The notes: generated by a model not told the origin, from the letters alone. Counted from the first letter of the stretch, positions 1-8,150 are shown. The stretch is 64,000 bases of DNA from an uncultured Verrucomicrobiae bacterium (GCA_963707025.1 CAVPOM010000007.1:96001-160000); one strand, 5' to 3'. Program-made: numbers and translations.

Positions 1-297
1 TCCCTGAGCCACCCGCGGCTGACCCACCTGAGCCTGCGGGACGCGCAGGAGGAGATTTCGGCGAGCAAGAAAAAACTGGAGGACACTTTTGGCGTGGCGG
101 TGGAGGATTTTTGTTATCCCTTTGGGGATTGGAACGAAGCCGTGCGGGACCTGGTGATGGAGGCCGGTTATCGCACCGCCTGCACCACGGACTACGGCGT
201 CAATTCTGCGACGACATCCCCGCTGGAGCTGCGCCGCATCACCGTGCGTCATCCCACCCGCAGCCTCAAGGCCCTCAAAGCGCGCTTCATGGGATAA
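1..297 (+). CDS. Polysaccharide deacetylase (NodB/CE4), 5'-truncated by window
   Basis: Frame 1 reads SLSHPRLTHL...EEISASKKKLED...FCYPFG...AGYRTACTT, typical CE4 motifs. Confidence 0.85.
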   Translation, partial: SLSHPRLTHLSLRDAQEEISASKKKLEDTFGVAVEDFCYPFGDWNEAVRDLVMEAGYRTACTTDYGVNSATTSPLELRRITVRHPTRSLKALKARFMG

Positions 298-340
298 CCC
301 GCCGGACAGGATGCCCCCCGCAACGGGCGTGTTCCCTGCC

Positions 341-366
341 TTAATCTCAATCCTAATCTTAATCTC
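341..366. repeat. (AATCYT)n hexamer micro-repeat
   Basis: ttaatctcaatcctaatcttaatctc; recurs at 2429, 5268, 28351, 31007. Confidence 0.9.
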
Positions 367-496
367 CTGCGCGCCTTCGGTCAGCAGCATGGCAAAAGGC
401 CTGCAAAATCCATTTGACGAAATGGCCGGGAGGCGGTTAATTTATAGGTGCAGTTTGTATAAACCCAGTCCGTTGCCCTGAAACAATTATTGAATC

Positions 497-1030
497 ATGA
501 AATCTGCTGTTGCTTGTCTTGTTGCCGTGGGTGCCCTGCTCGTTTCGGCCCGCGCGGCCAACGTCACCACCAAAATCACCGACGTTCATCTTTGCTGCAA
601 GGGTTGCGTCAATCTGGCTCAGAAAACCGTCGCCGATAAAGTGCCGGGCGCAAAGGCGGCGGCTGACCAGGAAGAGGACACCATCACTCTGACCGGGCCC
701 GACGCCGCCACCGTGCAGAAAGCGGCCGACGCGCTGGTCAAAGCCGGCTTTTTCGGCAAGAGCAGCAACCCGGCCATCAAGATCAACAGCGACACCGGCG
801 CCAAAGGCCAGATGGTGCAAATGCTGGATGTCAGTAATGTGCATATCTGCTGCACCAGTTGCGTCAAGGCCGTCAATAATGCTCTCAAGGACGTGCCCGG
901 GGTCAAGGCCACGACCGGCGTGGAGAAAAATGCCAAAACCTTTCATGTCACAGGCGATTTTAAAGACTCGGATGTCTTCGCCGCCTTGCAGAAGGTGGGC
1001 CTGACCGGCAAAGCCGGCGCGGACAAATAA
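497..1030 (+). CDS. Exported heavy-metal-associated (HMA)-like protein, two domains
   Basis: Signal peptide; duplicated HLCCKGC / HICCTSC motifs. Confidence 0.8.
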   Translation: MKSAVACLVAVGALLVSARAANVTTKITDVHLCCKGCVNLAQKTVADKVPGAKAAADQEEDTITLTGPDAATVQKAADALVKAGFFGKSSNPAIKINSDTGAKGQMVQMLDVSNVHICCTSCVKAVNNALKDVPGVKATTGVEKNAKTFHVTGDFKDSDVFAALQKVGLTGKAGADK

Positions 1031-1060
1031 TCTTGCCGCCTCTTCCAAACTGACACGCCC

Positions 1061-1102
1061 AACAGGCCCGGGACGCTAATTCGTTCCGGGCCTTGTTCTT
1101 TC
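1061..1102 (+). terminator. Putative intrinsic terminator
   Basis: aacaggcccgg...ccgggccttgtt hairpin followed by T-rich run after the HMA gene. Confidence 0.5.
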
Positions 1103-1282
1103 CCACGGGCCGCTTGCAAAGCCCCGGTCTTGGGCGGCAGGGCGCTCACTCCGTGCGCGCCGCGGCGTGTCCCGATAATTCGGGACTGGGACCCTGCCTT
1201 TCCCGGCCCCGCTAAAACTGAAGGGTGGCGGGCGCGGCGTGTCCGCGCTGGACATAGCCGTGGGGAGAATCAAACATCAGGC

Positions 1283-2428
1283 ATGGGCCGACTCGTGCTT
1301 GAGAATGTGACGAAGATCTTTTCCGGCCCGCGCCGGCAAAAGATCGGCGCGGTGCGGGAACTGAACCTGACGGCGCAGGACGGGGAGTTGCTGGTCATCG
1401 TCGGGCCTTCGGGCTGCGGAAAAACGACGGCCTTGCGCCTGATCGCCGGGCTGGAGACGCCCGACGGCGGGAGCATTTGGCTGGACGGCAAGCCGCTGGC
1501 CGGGGTGGCGCCCAAGGACCGCGATGTCGCCATGGTTTTCCAGGATCACGCGCTTTTTCCCCACCTGACCCTTTTTGAAAATGTGGCGCTGGGGTTGAGG
1601 CTGCGAAAATTTCCCCGCGCCGAAATCGCCACCCGCGTGAGGGCGGCGGCGGAAATGCTGGGGTTGACGGCCTTGCTGGAGCGGCGGCCCGCCGAGGTGT
1701 CCGGCGGCGAATGCCAGCGGGCCGCCCTGGGCCGCGCCCTGGTGCGCCATCCCCGGGTTTTTTTGCTGGACGAACCGCTCTCCAACCTGGACGCGCCCCT
1801 GCGCCTGCAATTGCGCGGCGAAATCGCCCGCCTGCGCCGACGGCTGGGCGCCACCATGATTTTCGTGACGCACGACCAGGCCGAAGCGCTGGCTCTGGCC
1901 GACGCGGTGGCGGTGATGCAGGACGGCGCGGTTCGGCAGTTGGCGCGGCCGCAGGAAATTTACCGCCGTCCCGCCAGCCGGTTTGTCGCCGGGTTCATCG
2001 GCTCGCCCCCCATGAATTTTTTTGAGGGCGCGCTGGCGGAAAAGGACGGGGTTCTGCTCTTTCAGGAACGCGCCGGGCCGGGGCCGGGCTTTTCCATGCC
2101 ATTGGATGAAAGAACCAGCCGCGGATTGCGGCCACACGCCGGACGAACTGTCACCCTCGGTTTGCGCCCGGAGCACATCCTGCCGGCGCCGCCGGGCCAG
2201 GGGAGCGGCGCGGCGCAGGCGGTCTTGGAACGCATCGAGCCGGCGGGCGCGGAGAGCCTGTTCTATTTTTCCAATGGCAACCATGCTTTCATCGTGCGCG
2301 GCCCGGACGCCGGCTTCCCGCAAACGACGGACGCTCTTCGCCTCCATTTCGACATGGCGCACGCTCGCTTCTTCGACGCCGCGACCGGCGCGGCTTTGGC
2401 CGGCCAAGAGTTGGGCATCAGCTCCTGA
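1283..2428 (+). CDS. Sugar ABC transporter ATP-binding protein (MalK/UgpC family)
   Basis: Walker A GPSGCGKTT, VSGGECQR, LLDEPLSNLD, FIGSPPMN, C-terminal TOBE region. Confidence 0.92.
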   Translation: MGRLVLENVTKIFSGPRRQKIGAVRELNLTAQDGELLVIVGPSGCGKTTALRLIAGLETPDGGSIWLDGKPLAGVAPKDRDVAMVFQDHALFPHLTLFENVALGLRLRKFPRAEIATRVRAAAEMLGLTALLERRPAEVSGGECQRAALGRALVRHPRVFLLDEPLSNLDAPLRLQLRGEIARLRRRLGATMIFVTHDQAEALALADAVAVMQDGAVRQLARPQEIYRRPASRFVAGFIGSPPMNFFEGALAEKDGVLLFQERAGPGPGFSMPLDERTSRGLRPHAGRTVTLGLRPEHILPAPPGQGSGAAQAVLERIEPAGAESLFYFSNGNHAFIVRGPDAGFPQTTDALRLHFDMAHARFFDAATGAALAGQELGISS

Positions 2429-2462
2429 TCATAATCTTAATCCTAATCCTAATCTTAATCTC
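2429..2462. repeat. (AATCYT)n hexamer micro-repeat
   Basis: cataatcttaatcctaatcctaatcttaatctc directly after the stop codon. Confidence 0.9.
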
Positions 2463-2587
2463 CTTCGTGCAGTCCCATTCGTTGTGTTCATGCCTGCCGG
2501 GCGAGCTTCCACACGCCTTCGTGAATTGGCCGTTTCATAAGAAAGAAAGCCATTGGTGAATTTCAGCCGGGGGACTAATATCTTGTC

Positions 2588-2773
2588 ATGGAAAAGTCCT
2601 TGCGACTGCGCAGAAAGAAGGCCCTGGCCAGAGCGCGCCTTCGGCGGCGCTTTGCTGCGGGCAAGGTGCGCCTGGATCAGGTTTCGCTTGCCGCCGCGGC
2701 TCATGCCGATTCTTTCAAATCCCCTTTAGTAACCAGACGCGCCCGGGATGATTATGAAGATTTTGAATTCTAA
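2588..2773 (+). CDS. Small basic protein, putative antitoxin or partner of the downstream nucleotidyltransferase
   Basis: 61 aa, overlaps next gene; TAATAT lies 6 nt before ATG. Confidence 0.6.
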   Translation: MEKSLRLRRKKALARARLRRRFAAGKVRLDQVSLAAAAHADSFKSPLVTRRARDDYEDFEF

Positions 2774-3557
2774 AACCGGCCCCGGCCCGGCGAAATCATC
2801 CAAGTTTTCGCCTTCTGATTTTGCCGGCGTCATCGCCCACCTGCCGGGAGGTTGTCCATTGGTGGGAGGGCAGGCGGTGGGCTGGTGGGCCAGGAAGTAC
2901 GGAATAACATCAAAAGGCGGTGAGCCGATCACCAGCAGCGACATTGACTTTTGGGGGGGACGCGAGGATCTCATCCAAATGGCGCGGGCAATGCGGCGCA
3001 AGCCAATCTTCCCCAATGAATATGAAATGACGGTCTGGGCCGGAGCCATTCAGATCGAGATCAACGGGGAACAAACACTGGCGGAGTTTTTACATTCCAT
3101 TCCCGGGCTGGATACTCCCTATCCGGAAAAGGCCTCGGTGGAGCAGACTTATCGCGAGCATTCCACTAAGAAGGTCATCCAGGTGCTCACCCCGGTTTCT
3201 CTCGTATTGACCAAACTGCATGCTTTGCGGCGTTTTGATCAGAAGGATCGAAATGACCTGTTGCACCTGCAGGTTTGCTTGCAGACTTCCCGGAAGTTCA
3301 TCGTGGAATTATTGAGCGATCAACAGGTCCGGCAGGCGCTGCGCGAATGCGAACGGCTCATTGCCGCTCATCAATCCAAGCCCTACCGCAAATTGGAAAA
3401 ACAAGGCCAATTCAACCTGCTCGACTCCATCCCCATCGCCGAGATCAGGCACGCGGCCGACAGCCCGGGCCACTCGCTGGACAACCGCAAACGGCTCCGC
3501 AATTTCATCAACTTGCGTTGGGAGCAGGTCCGGGGAAACAAGCCACCGCCGGATTAG
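2754..3557 (+). CDS. Pol-beta-superfamily nucleotidyltransferase (AbiEii/MNT-like toxin candidate)
   Basis: LVGGQAVGWWA...TSSDIDFWG motif; later K..AL......R.D..HL. Confidence 0.7.
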   Translation: MKILNSKTGPGPAKSSKFSPSDFAGVIAHLPGGCPLVGGQAVGWWARKYGITSKGGEPITSSDIDFWGGREDLIQMARAMRRKPIFPNEYEMTVWAGAIQIEINGEQTLAEFLHSIPGLDTPYPEKASVEQTYREHSTKKVIQVLTPVSLVLTKLHALRRFDQKDRNDLLHLQVCLQTSRKFIVELLSDQQVRQALRECERLIAAHQSKPYRKLEKQGQFNLLDSIPIAEIRHAADSPGHSLDNRKRLRNFINLRWEQVRGNKPPPD

Positions 3558-3558
3558 C

Positions 3559-3730
3559 AGCGGTTTAAATAAAGTCGTGGCCACTGAAATTGACTTGGTA
3601 GGGATCCCGATTCGGAATCGGGAAGCCGTCCGTGGGGGGTCCTCACCGAAGTGGTCGCCTCGGCGAGGCGACCCTGCCTTGAGAGGGTCTTTGACAAATA
3701 ACGTGTGGCTACAGTTTTATTTAAACCGCT
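3559..3730. mobile_element. MITE-like element with 26-bp terminal inverted repeats containing a REP hairpin
   Basis: agcggtttaaataaagtcgtggccac ... gtggctacagttttatttaaaccgct; internal ggtcgcctcggcgaggcgacc and atcccgattcggaatcggga. Confidence 0.75.
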
Positions 3731-3748
3731 CCAAATCAACTGCCCGCT

Positions 3749-5230
3749 TTAGGGTTGCTTGTTTTCCAACGGCGCCGCTGCCGCCACTTCTCCTTTGACT
3801 TGCAGGCAGAGGACCGAGGCAATCTTATCGGGCGCTTTCTCCGGCAGTTGCACGGTCACCGCCTGCGCGGTTTGTTGCAATTTGAGCATGTGAGGCTTGC
3901 CGCCCGTCGCCGCCTTTACCATGAGGTAACCGCCGTGGTCGCCCGGTTGGATTTGCGGCGGCTGGCTTGTTGCGCCGGCCAGCAGCCAGGCGGCGGTGAT
4001 TTGCCCCTTCACGCCGGGCAGTTCGATGTGTCCGGCCGGCCATTTGAAGATGTGGATGTAGATTTTGCCGGCATTGGTCGTGCAACGCCAGTCCCACGCC
4101 GGCGTGAAGACCGGCCGGCCCTGGCGGTTGGTCTGGGTGGCGCTGAAGGTCCCGGCCTCTGCGCCGAAAATAGTCGGGCCGGTGCCGTAAATCGCCTCGC
4201 CGTTGACCTTCATCCAGGCGCCGACTTCCTGGAGCCGGTCCACCTCCGGCTGGGGAATCAAACCCTCGCTGGTCGGGCCGACGTTGAGCAAATAATTGCC
4301 GCCCTTGCTGGCGATGTCGCACAAATTGCGGATGAGCGTGGCGGTGGATTTGAAATTGGTGTCGTCCCGCTTGTAGCCCCAGGTGTTGTTCATCGTCATG
4401 CACGTTTCCCAATCGCGGCCGGGAAAGCCTTGCGCGGGGATGGTTTGCTCCGGCGTTTCCGTGTCGCCCTTGAAGCCGCCGCCCAGACGGTTGTTCAGGA
4501 TGATGTCCGGGCGCAGCTTTTGCACGGTGTCGTAAAGCTTCTGCGCGCGTTCCCGGTTCATGTTGTTGGGCGTGTCCCACCAGAGCACGGCGGGAAAGGG
4601 CTTGTATTGGGTGAGGATTTCCTCCACCTGCGGCACCGCCACTTTGTCAATGTAATCATCCATGTCGCGCTGCTGCGCCGGGTCCCACTTGCCGCCGCTG
4701 GCCGCGCCCCCGTTGTTCCAGTCCTGCGCCTGGGAATAATAAAAACCGAGCTTGATGCCCGCCTTTTGGCAGGCGGCCGCCAGCTCTTTCAGCGGATCGC
4801 GCCCGAAGGGCGTGGCCTTGAGGATGTTCCAGTCGCTCGCCTTGGAGTCAAACATGGCGAAGCCGTCGTGATGTTTGCTCGTGATCACGATGTATTTCTG
4901 CCCCGCGTTCTTGGCAATCTTCACCCACTGCTCCGCGTTGAATTTCACCGGGTTGAACTGGCGGGCGAAGGACTGGTATTCCGCCATGGGGATTTTCCCC
5001 CGGTTCATGATCCACTCCCCGATCCCGGCCACCGGCTTGTCGTGGTAGAAACCGGCCGGCACGGAATAAACGCCCCAGTGGATGAACATGCCGAACTTGG
5101 CCTCGCGCCACCAGGCCATGCGGGCGTCGCGCTCCGCCTTGCTTTCCACTTTGTCCGTCTGCGCGCCTGCCGGCAGCGCCGCCGCACATGTCAATACTAA
5201 TAATATATAGGCCAGTTTGTTTGCTTTCAA
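3749..5230 (-). CDS. Alpha-L-fucosidase (GH29), exported
   Basis: WWREAKFGMFIHWG, ITSKHHDGF, LWWD, WETCMTMNNTWGY, GGNYLLNVGP. Confidence 0.93.
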   Translation of the reverse strand: MKANKLAYILLVLTCAAALPAGAQTDKVESKAERDARMAWWREAKFGMFIHWGVYSVPAGFYHDKPVAGIGEWIMNRGKIPMAEYQSFARQFNPVKFNAEQWVKIAKNAGQKYIVITSKHHDGFAMFDSKASDWNILKATPFGRDPLKELAAACQKAGIKLGFYYSQAQDWNNGGAASGGKWDPAQQRDMDDYIDKVAVPQVEEILTQYKPFPAVLWWDTPNNMNRERAQKLYDTVQKLRPDIILNNRLGGGFKGDTETPEQTIPAQGFPGRDWETCMTMNNTWGYKRDDTNFKSTATLIRNLCDIASKGGNYLLNVGPTSEGLIPQPEVDRLQEVGAWMKVNGEAIYGTGPTIFGAEAGTFSATQTNRQGRPVFTPAWDWRCTTNAGKIYIHIFKWPAGHIELPGVKGQITAAWLLAGATSQPPQIQPGDHGGYLMVKAATGGKPHMLKLQQTAQAVTVQLPEKAPDKIASVLCLQVKGEVAAAAPLENKQP

Positions 5231-5267
5231 GCGGGTGTCCTTTGTTTCACGGCATTTCCACTCCCCT

Positions 5268-5300
5268 CATAATCTTAATCCTAATCTTAATCTTAATCTC
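5268..5300. repeat. (AATCYT)n hexamer micro-repeat
   Basis: cataatcttaatcctaatcttaatcttaatctc. Confidence 0.9.
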
Positions 5301-5304
5301 CATC

Positions 5305-5370
5305 CTATTCTTTATCCGCCCGAGCCGCAATCTCAAAACGCAAATAAACCGTCCCGTGATACGGCTCGGC
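5305..5370 (-). pseudogene. Orphan 3' tail of a GH2 allele (AEPYHGTVYLRFEIAARADKE*)
   Basis: 5331-5369 equals 8190-8228 at 38/39 bp; the single difference is a synonymous Val codon. Confidence 0.8.
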
Positions 5371-5405
5371 CGGCAACGGCGGCTGGCTCCGGCGACTTGT
5401 TAGCC
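5371..5405 (-). mobile_element. Truncated attC site (R''-L'' half only)
   Basis: GGCTAAC-AAGTCGCCGGAGCCAGCCGCCGTTG on minus strand, matching the start of the 7629-7730 attC, then switching to the GH2 tail. Confidence 0.8.
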
Positions 5406-5406
5406 G

Positions 5407-5883
5407 TCATATTCGTGTGAGCAGGAGAATGCCGATTGAAAAGGCGAACGGGCCAGCAAGGGCGAGCAGGTGGCAAGCGACGCGCATAGGCAAGGAAAGG
5501 GTGGCAAGGGTGAGGCGATAGCGTTCGGCGACCAGAATCATAACGGCAATCATGGCCAGAGTCAAAGTAAAGACGGGAAACGGAAACGGCAGGCGTGCGG
5601 TCCTGGCGACGCCCCAAGGCCACACATACACCAGATCATGAAGGAATCCGTTCAGTGCAAAGGTGACGATCAGGCACAGTGGTCGTGGCGCAAAACGTCG
5701 CAACGGGGCAAAACAGAAGTAGGCCAGAAAGTAGCCAACGAAGGGATTCCAGTACCGCCAGAAGCGAGTGAAATCTGAGGCTCCAAACGCCCGGGAGAAC
5801 ATGTGCCCAAGGCACTGTCCGCGTGATCCTGGCCCAAGCCGGGCATACAAATATTTGGCAAATGGAGGTCGCGAGGTGCGCAT
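5407..5883 (-). CDS. Integron cassette 5: MBOAT-like membrane acyltransferase fragment or short homologue
   Basis: FTRFWRYWNP and TFALNGFLHD motifs; bounded by GTTAGCC and GGCTAAC. Confidence 0.75.
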   Translation of the reverse strand: MRTSRPPFAKYLYARLGPGSRGQCLGHMFSRAFGASDFTRFWRYWNPFVGYFLAYFCFAPLRRFAPRPLCLIVTFALNGFLHDLVYVWPWGVARTARLPFPFPVFTLTLAMIAVMILVAERYRLTLATLSLPMRVACHLLALAGPFAFSIGILLLTRI

Positions 5884-5886
5884 GAC

Positions 5887-6021
5887 GGCTAACGTAGAAA
5901 GCTGCGCCACCGCCGGCTCGCGACGTGAATCCCGGCTTGTCGGGAAACAAAAGCGCCATCCGACAACGCTCCGAAGCTACGGTCGGACGGGACGGCGGTT
6001 GGCTCCGGGGACTTGTCAGGC
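5887..6021 (-). mobile_element. attC site (135 bp, R'' mutated to GCCTGAC, extra hairpin insert)
   Basis: Minus strand GCCTGAC...GGAGCC...GGCGCAGCTTTCTAC-GTTAGCC; homologous to the other attCs plus ~33 bp insert. Confidence 0.85.
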
Positions 6022-6420
6022 CAGTGGTCGTCTAGTCTGTATAAATAAGTCTGCAAGTGTAATGTCCTCTTGCCAAGAACCGGCAATATCAACCTGGTAA
6101 CGCTTCTGCAAATCTCTCACTAACGTCTCCAACTCCATGCCATCTGCCGCGTTGCGAACCGGATAGAGCGTGCGATAAACATCCATCACGCGATCTTCGG
6201 GCGTGAAACACAACCGCCAGCTCTGCTTGAAACCAAACGCGTCAATGACTATGTTGAGAAACTCGCGAATCTCTGACTTCGATGCGTCGGGAAAACGTCG
6301 CCGCCAACGAAAGCCAGCACAACCACGGTCAACAAAGCGCCGCATCATCCGGCGCGTCTTCATGTCTGCCAACGCGAATATCACCGCTGCAAAAAACACT
6401 ATGGCGATAATCTGTAACAT
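6016..6420 (-). CDS. Integron cassette 4: hypothetical protein with N-terminal membrane anchor
   Basis: ATG just after GTTAGGC, stop inside the attC R'' box; lower GC. Confidence 0.8.
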   Translation of the reverse strand: MLQIIAIVFFAAVIFALADMKTRRMMRRFVDRGCAGFRWRRRFPDASKSEIREFLNIVIDAFGFKQSWRLCFTPEDRVMDVYRTLYPVRNAADGMELETLVRDLQKRYQVDIAGSWQEDITLADLFIQTRRPLA

Positions 6421-6431
6421 AGAGCGAACTG

Positions 6432-6533
6432 GCCTAACGTCGAAATCTGAGCCACCGCCGACTCGCGACGTGAATCCCGGCTTGTCGGGAAACAAAAGCG
6501 CCAACCGGCGTTGGCTCCGGAGACTGGTTAGGC
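6432..6533 (-). mobile_element. attC site (102 bp)
   Basis: GCCTAAC...CCGGAGCC...GGCTCAGATTTCGAC-GTTAGGC; imperfect palindrome. Confidence 0.92.
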
Positions 6534-6920
6534 AGCATCTTTTGAGGTGTCATTCCATCCTTCTCCACCGCACTTCTGGCATCGTGAGCCTTCGGAACCG
6601 CCCATGCCACGACACCAGAAACACTCTCGGTCAACCTGAACAATCTTCCACGTCTCACCATCTGCTTTCAAATGGTATCGCGTGCGAATATCAGCAGTCC
6701 TGAAAGGCTGGCGTGAAATAGCTGTCGCTGAGTCAGCGGACTGCTTCACATCCTCAATCTCTGGCTCCGGTTTGTGGCCTAGCATGAAGTCGCGAGTGCG
6801 CTGCGACAATGACTCGCCAAAGAATCTCGCGTAAACAGGTGCCAGATGCACATTGGCTGCGGCATAAACCGAAGCCTTCTCCTGATAGAAAGACTCTAGG
6901 AATTGTTTTGGCGTGATCAT
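6528..6920 (-). CDS. Integron cassette 3: NTF2/RhsI-like immunity-type protein with C-terminal CxxCxGxG zinc finger
   Basis: RTRYHLK...WKIVQVD followed by CFWCRGMG...CQKCGGEG; stop within R''. Confidence 0.65.
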   Translation of the reverse strand: MITPKQFLESFYQEKASVYAAANVHLAPVYARFFGESLSQRTRDFMLGHKPEPEIEDVKQSADSATAISRQPFRTADIRTRYHLKADGETWKIVQVDRECFWCRGMGGSEGSRCQKCGGEGWNDTSKDAA

Positions 6921-6923
6921 GCT

Positions 6924-6945
6924 TCCTAACATTGTTATTGAGCCG
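6924..6945 (-). mobile_element. attI-like site heading the second sub-array
   Basis: CTCAATAACAAT-GTTAGGA with no attC palindrome upstream; resembles attI1 core CCCTAAAACAAA-GTTRRRY. Confidence 0.55.
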
Positions 6946-7199
6946 CACCATGCGGCACGATTCTTTCCATAGGGTCAAGTGTATTTTAATCTCTCCTCTT
7001 TGTCCACAACCATTTGCCTCTGGCGCCATCAGAAACCCGGACTTTGGAAAAACCGCGCCCCGGGAACAATTGCCTTGTCAGCAGAATCTGTGGGCCGGCT
7101 GCCGTTCACAATCGTTACAAGCGCCTAATGCACAGTCGCTTGCGCCTTGAGCTTATTCTGGCCCGCAAATTCTGCCGCAGAGCCAAAAAATTCACACCC

Positions 7200-7356
7200 A
7201 GCTAACGATCCAAAGCTGAGCCACGCCGACGGGCGCGTGACTCCGCAAGCTCGATTATCTTCATGTTACCAACCTCATCCATAAACTCACTTCTCGCGCC
7301 GGAGCGCAGCGAAGGCGGAAGGCGCACTCGGGATTGGCTCCAGCGCCGCGTTACGC
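7200..7356 (-). mobile_element. attC site (157 bp, different family)
   Basis: GCGTAAC-GCGGCGCTGGAGCC...GTGGCTCAGCTTTGGATC-GTTAGCT. Confidence 0.8.
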
Positions 7357-7611
7357 ATCAGGTTTCTCCTTTGAATCTTCTTTGTCTGGTGGGTAAGCGA
7401 ATCGCATCAAATGTGGCGCACCACGAAGAAAATATAAGCCAACAGTGAGTAATACAATGGCCGCAATAAGATATTGGTAAGCAGGAGAACTACTAGGCGT
7501 CTGTGGAGCTAGCAGCGCGACAATGGTCGAATAGACATACTCCGCACAGCCAAGCAGCGCAAGCATTCCAATTGACCGAATCACAACTCCAAAACAATCT
7601 CGTGCTTTCAT
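7351..7611 (-). CDS. Integron cassette 2: small two-TM membrane protein
   Basis: MKARDCFGVVIRSIG..., two hydrophobic helices, stop in R''. Confidence 0.8.
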   Translation of the reverse strand: MKARDCFGVVIRSIGMLALLGCAEYVYSTIVALLAPQTPSSSPAYQYLIAAIVLLTVGLYFLRGAPHLMRFAYPPDKEDSKEKPDA

Positions 7612-7628
7612 AAAAAGGCGTGCATGCT

Positions 7629-7730
7629 GCCTAACGTAGAAAGCTGAGCCACCGCCGACTCGTGACGTGAATCCCGACTTGTCGGGAAACAAAAGCGCCA
7701 ACGGCGGTTGGCTCCGGCGACTTGTTAGGC
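7629..7730 (-). mobile_element. attC site (102 bp)
   Basis: GCCTAAC-AAGTCGCCGGAGCC...GGCTCAGCTTTCTAC-GTTAGGC. Confidence 0.92.
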
Positions 7731-7731
7731 A

Positions 7732-8055
7732 TCATTTGCATACTCCACATGAAAACTTGCCGCTATTGTTCGCGCGAGGACATACCCAGCGCACTCGGCC
7801 AGTATAACCAAGCTCCGGCTCTAACTCATCCAACTGAGCGTGCTTTCGGACGAGTGGTGCGCCGCTCGCCTCGCAAACTCCTGAAAATGGATGGCGCTTC
7901 ATAGCTGCCGAACGACCCTGGTTGCGCTGACGAGTCGCGAATACTGAGATGCGCTTCTTGACAGCGACCGGCTTGTGTGCCGCCGCAATTGCTCGCTTGA
8001 TAGAACGCTTGGCTGCCTCCGCCAACGCCTCGTCGTGTGAATCAAGCTTGAGCAT
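7732..8055 (-). CDS. Integron cassette 1: small Cys-rich protein, HNH/His-Me-finger-like
   Basis: CEASG...QLDE...GYTGRVRWVCPRAN resembles the LDR..kGY..gNvrwvC..cN pattern. Confidence 0.6.
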   Translation of the reverse strand: MLKLDSHDEALAEAAKRSIKRAIAAAHKPVAVKKRISVFATRQRNQGRSAAMKRHPFSGVCEASGAPLVRKHAQLDELEPELGYTGRVRWVCPRANNSGKFSCGVCK

Positions 8056-8068
8056 ACTGAATCGTGAC

Positions 8069-8090
8069 GCCTAACAGCATTTCGATTGAA
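8069..8090 (-). mobile_element. attI-like site heading the array
   Basis: AATCGAAATGCT-GTTAGGC complementary to R'' GCCTAAC of cassette 1; no attC upstream. Confidence 0.6.
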
Positions 8091-8121
8091 TTTTCACGGC
8101 CTGGTTCCGTTCATTTTTTAC

Positions 8122-8150
8122 ATTGGATGCTTGAAAAAAGCGTTTGTCAA
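8122..8150 (-). promoter_or_regulatory. Putative cassette promoter (Pc-like)
   Basis: TTGACA-17bp-TCCAAT pointing into the array. Confidence 0.55.

Noticed and set aside
6950..6978. Promoter for the second sub-array
   Set aside because: TTGACC is present but there is no credible -10 at 16-18 bp
5636..7701. ORFs beginning MALLFPDK... or ending ...HVASRRWL
   Set aside because: These are translations through attC sequences; true cassette starts lie just after the GTT core
5887..7730. Regularly recurring ~100-bp repeats as a CRISPR array
   Set aside because: Repeats are too long, the spacers are whole genes with GTTRRRY/RYYYAAC cores, and no cas genes are present; these are attC sites
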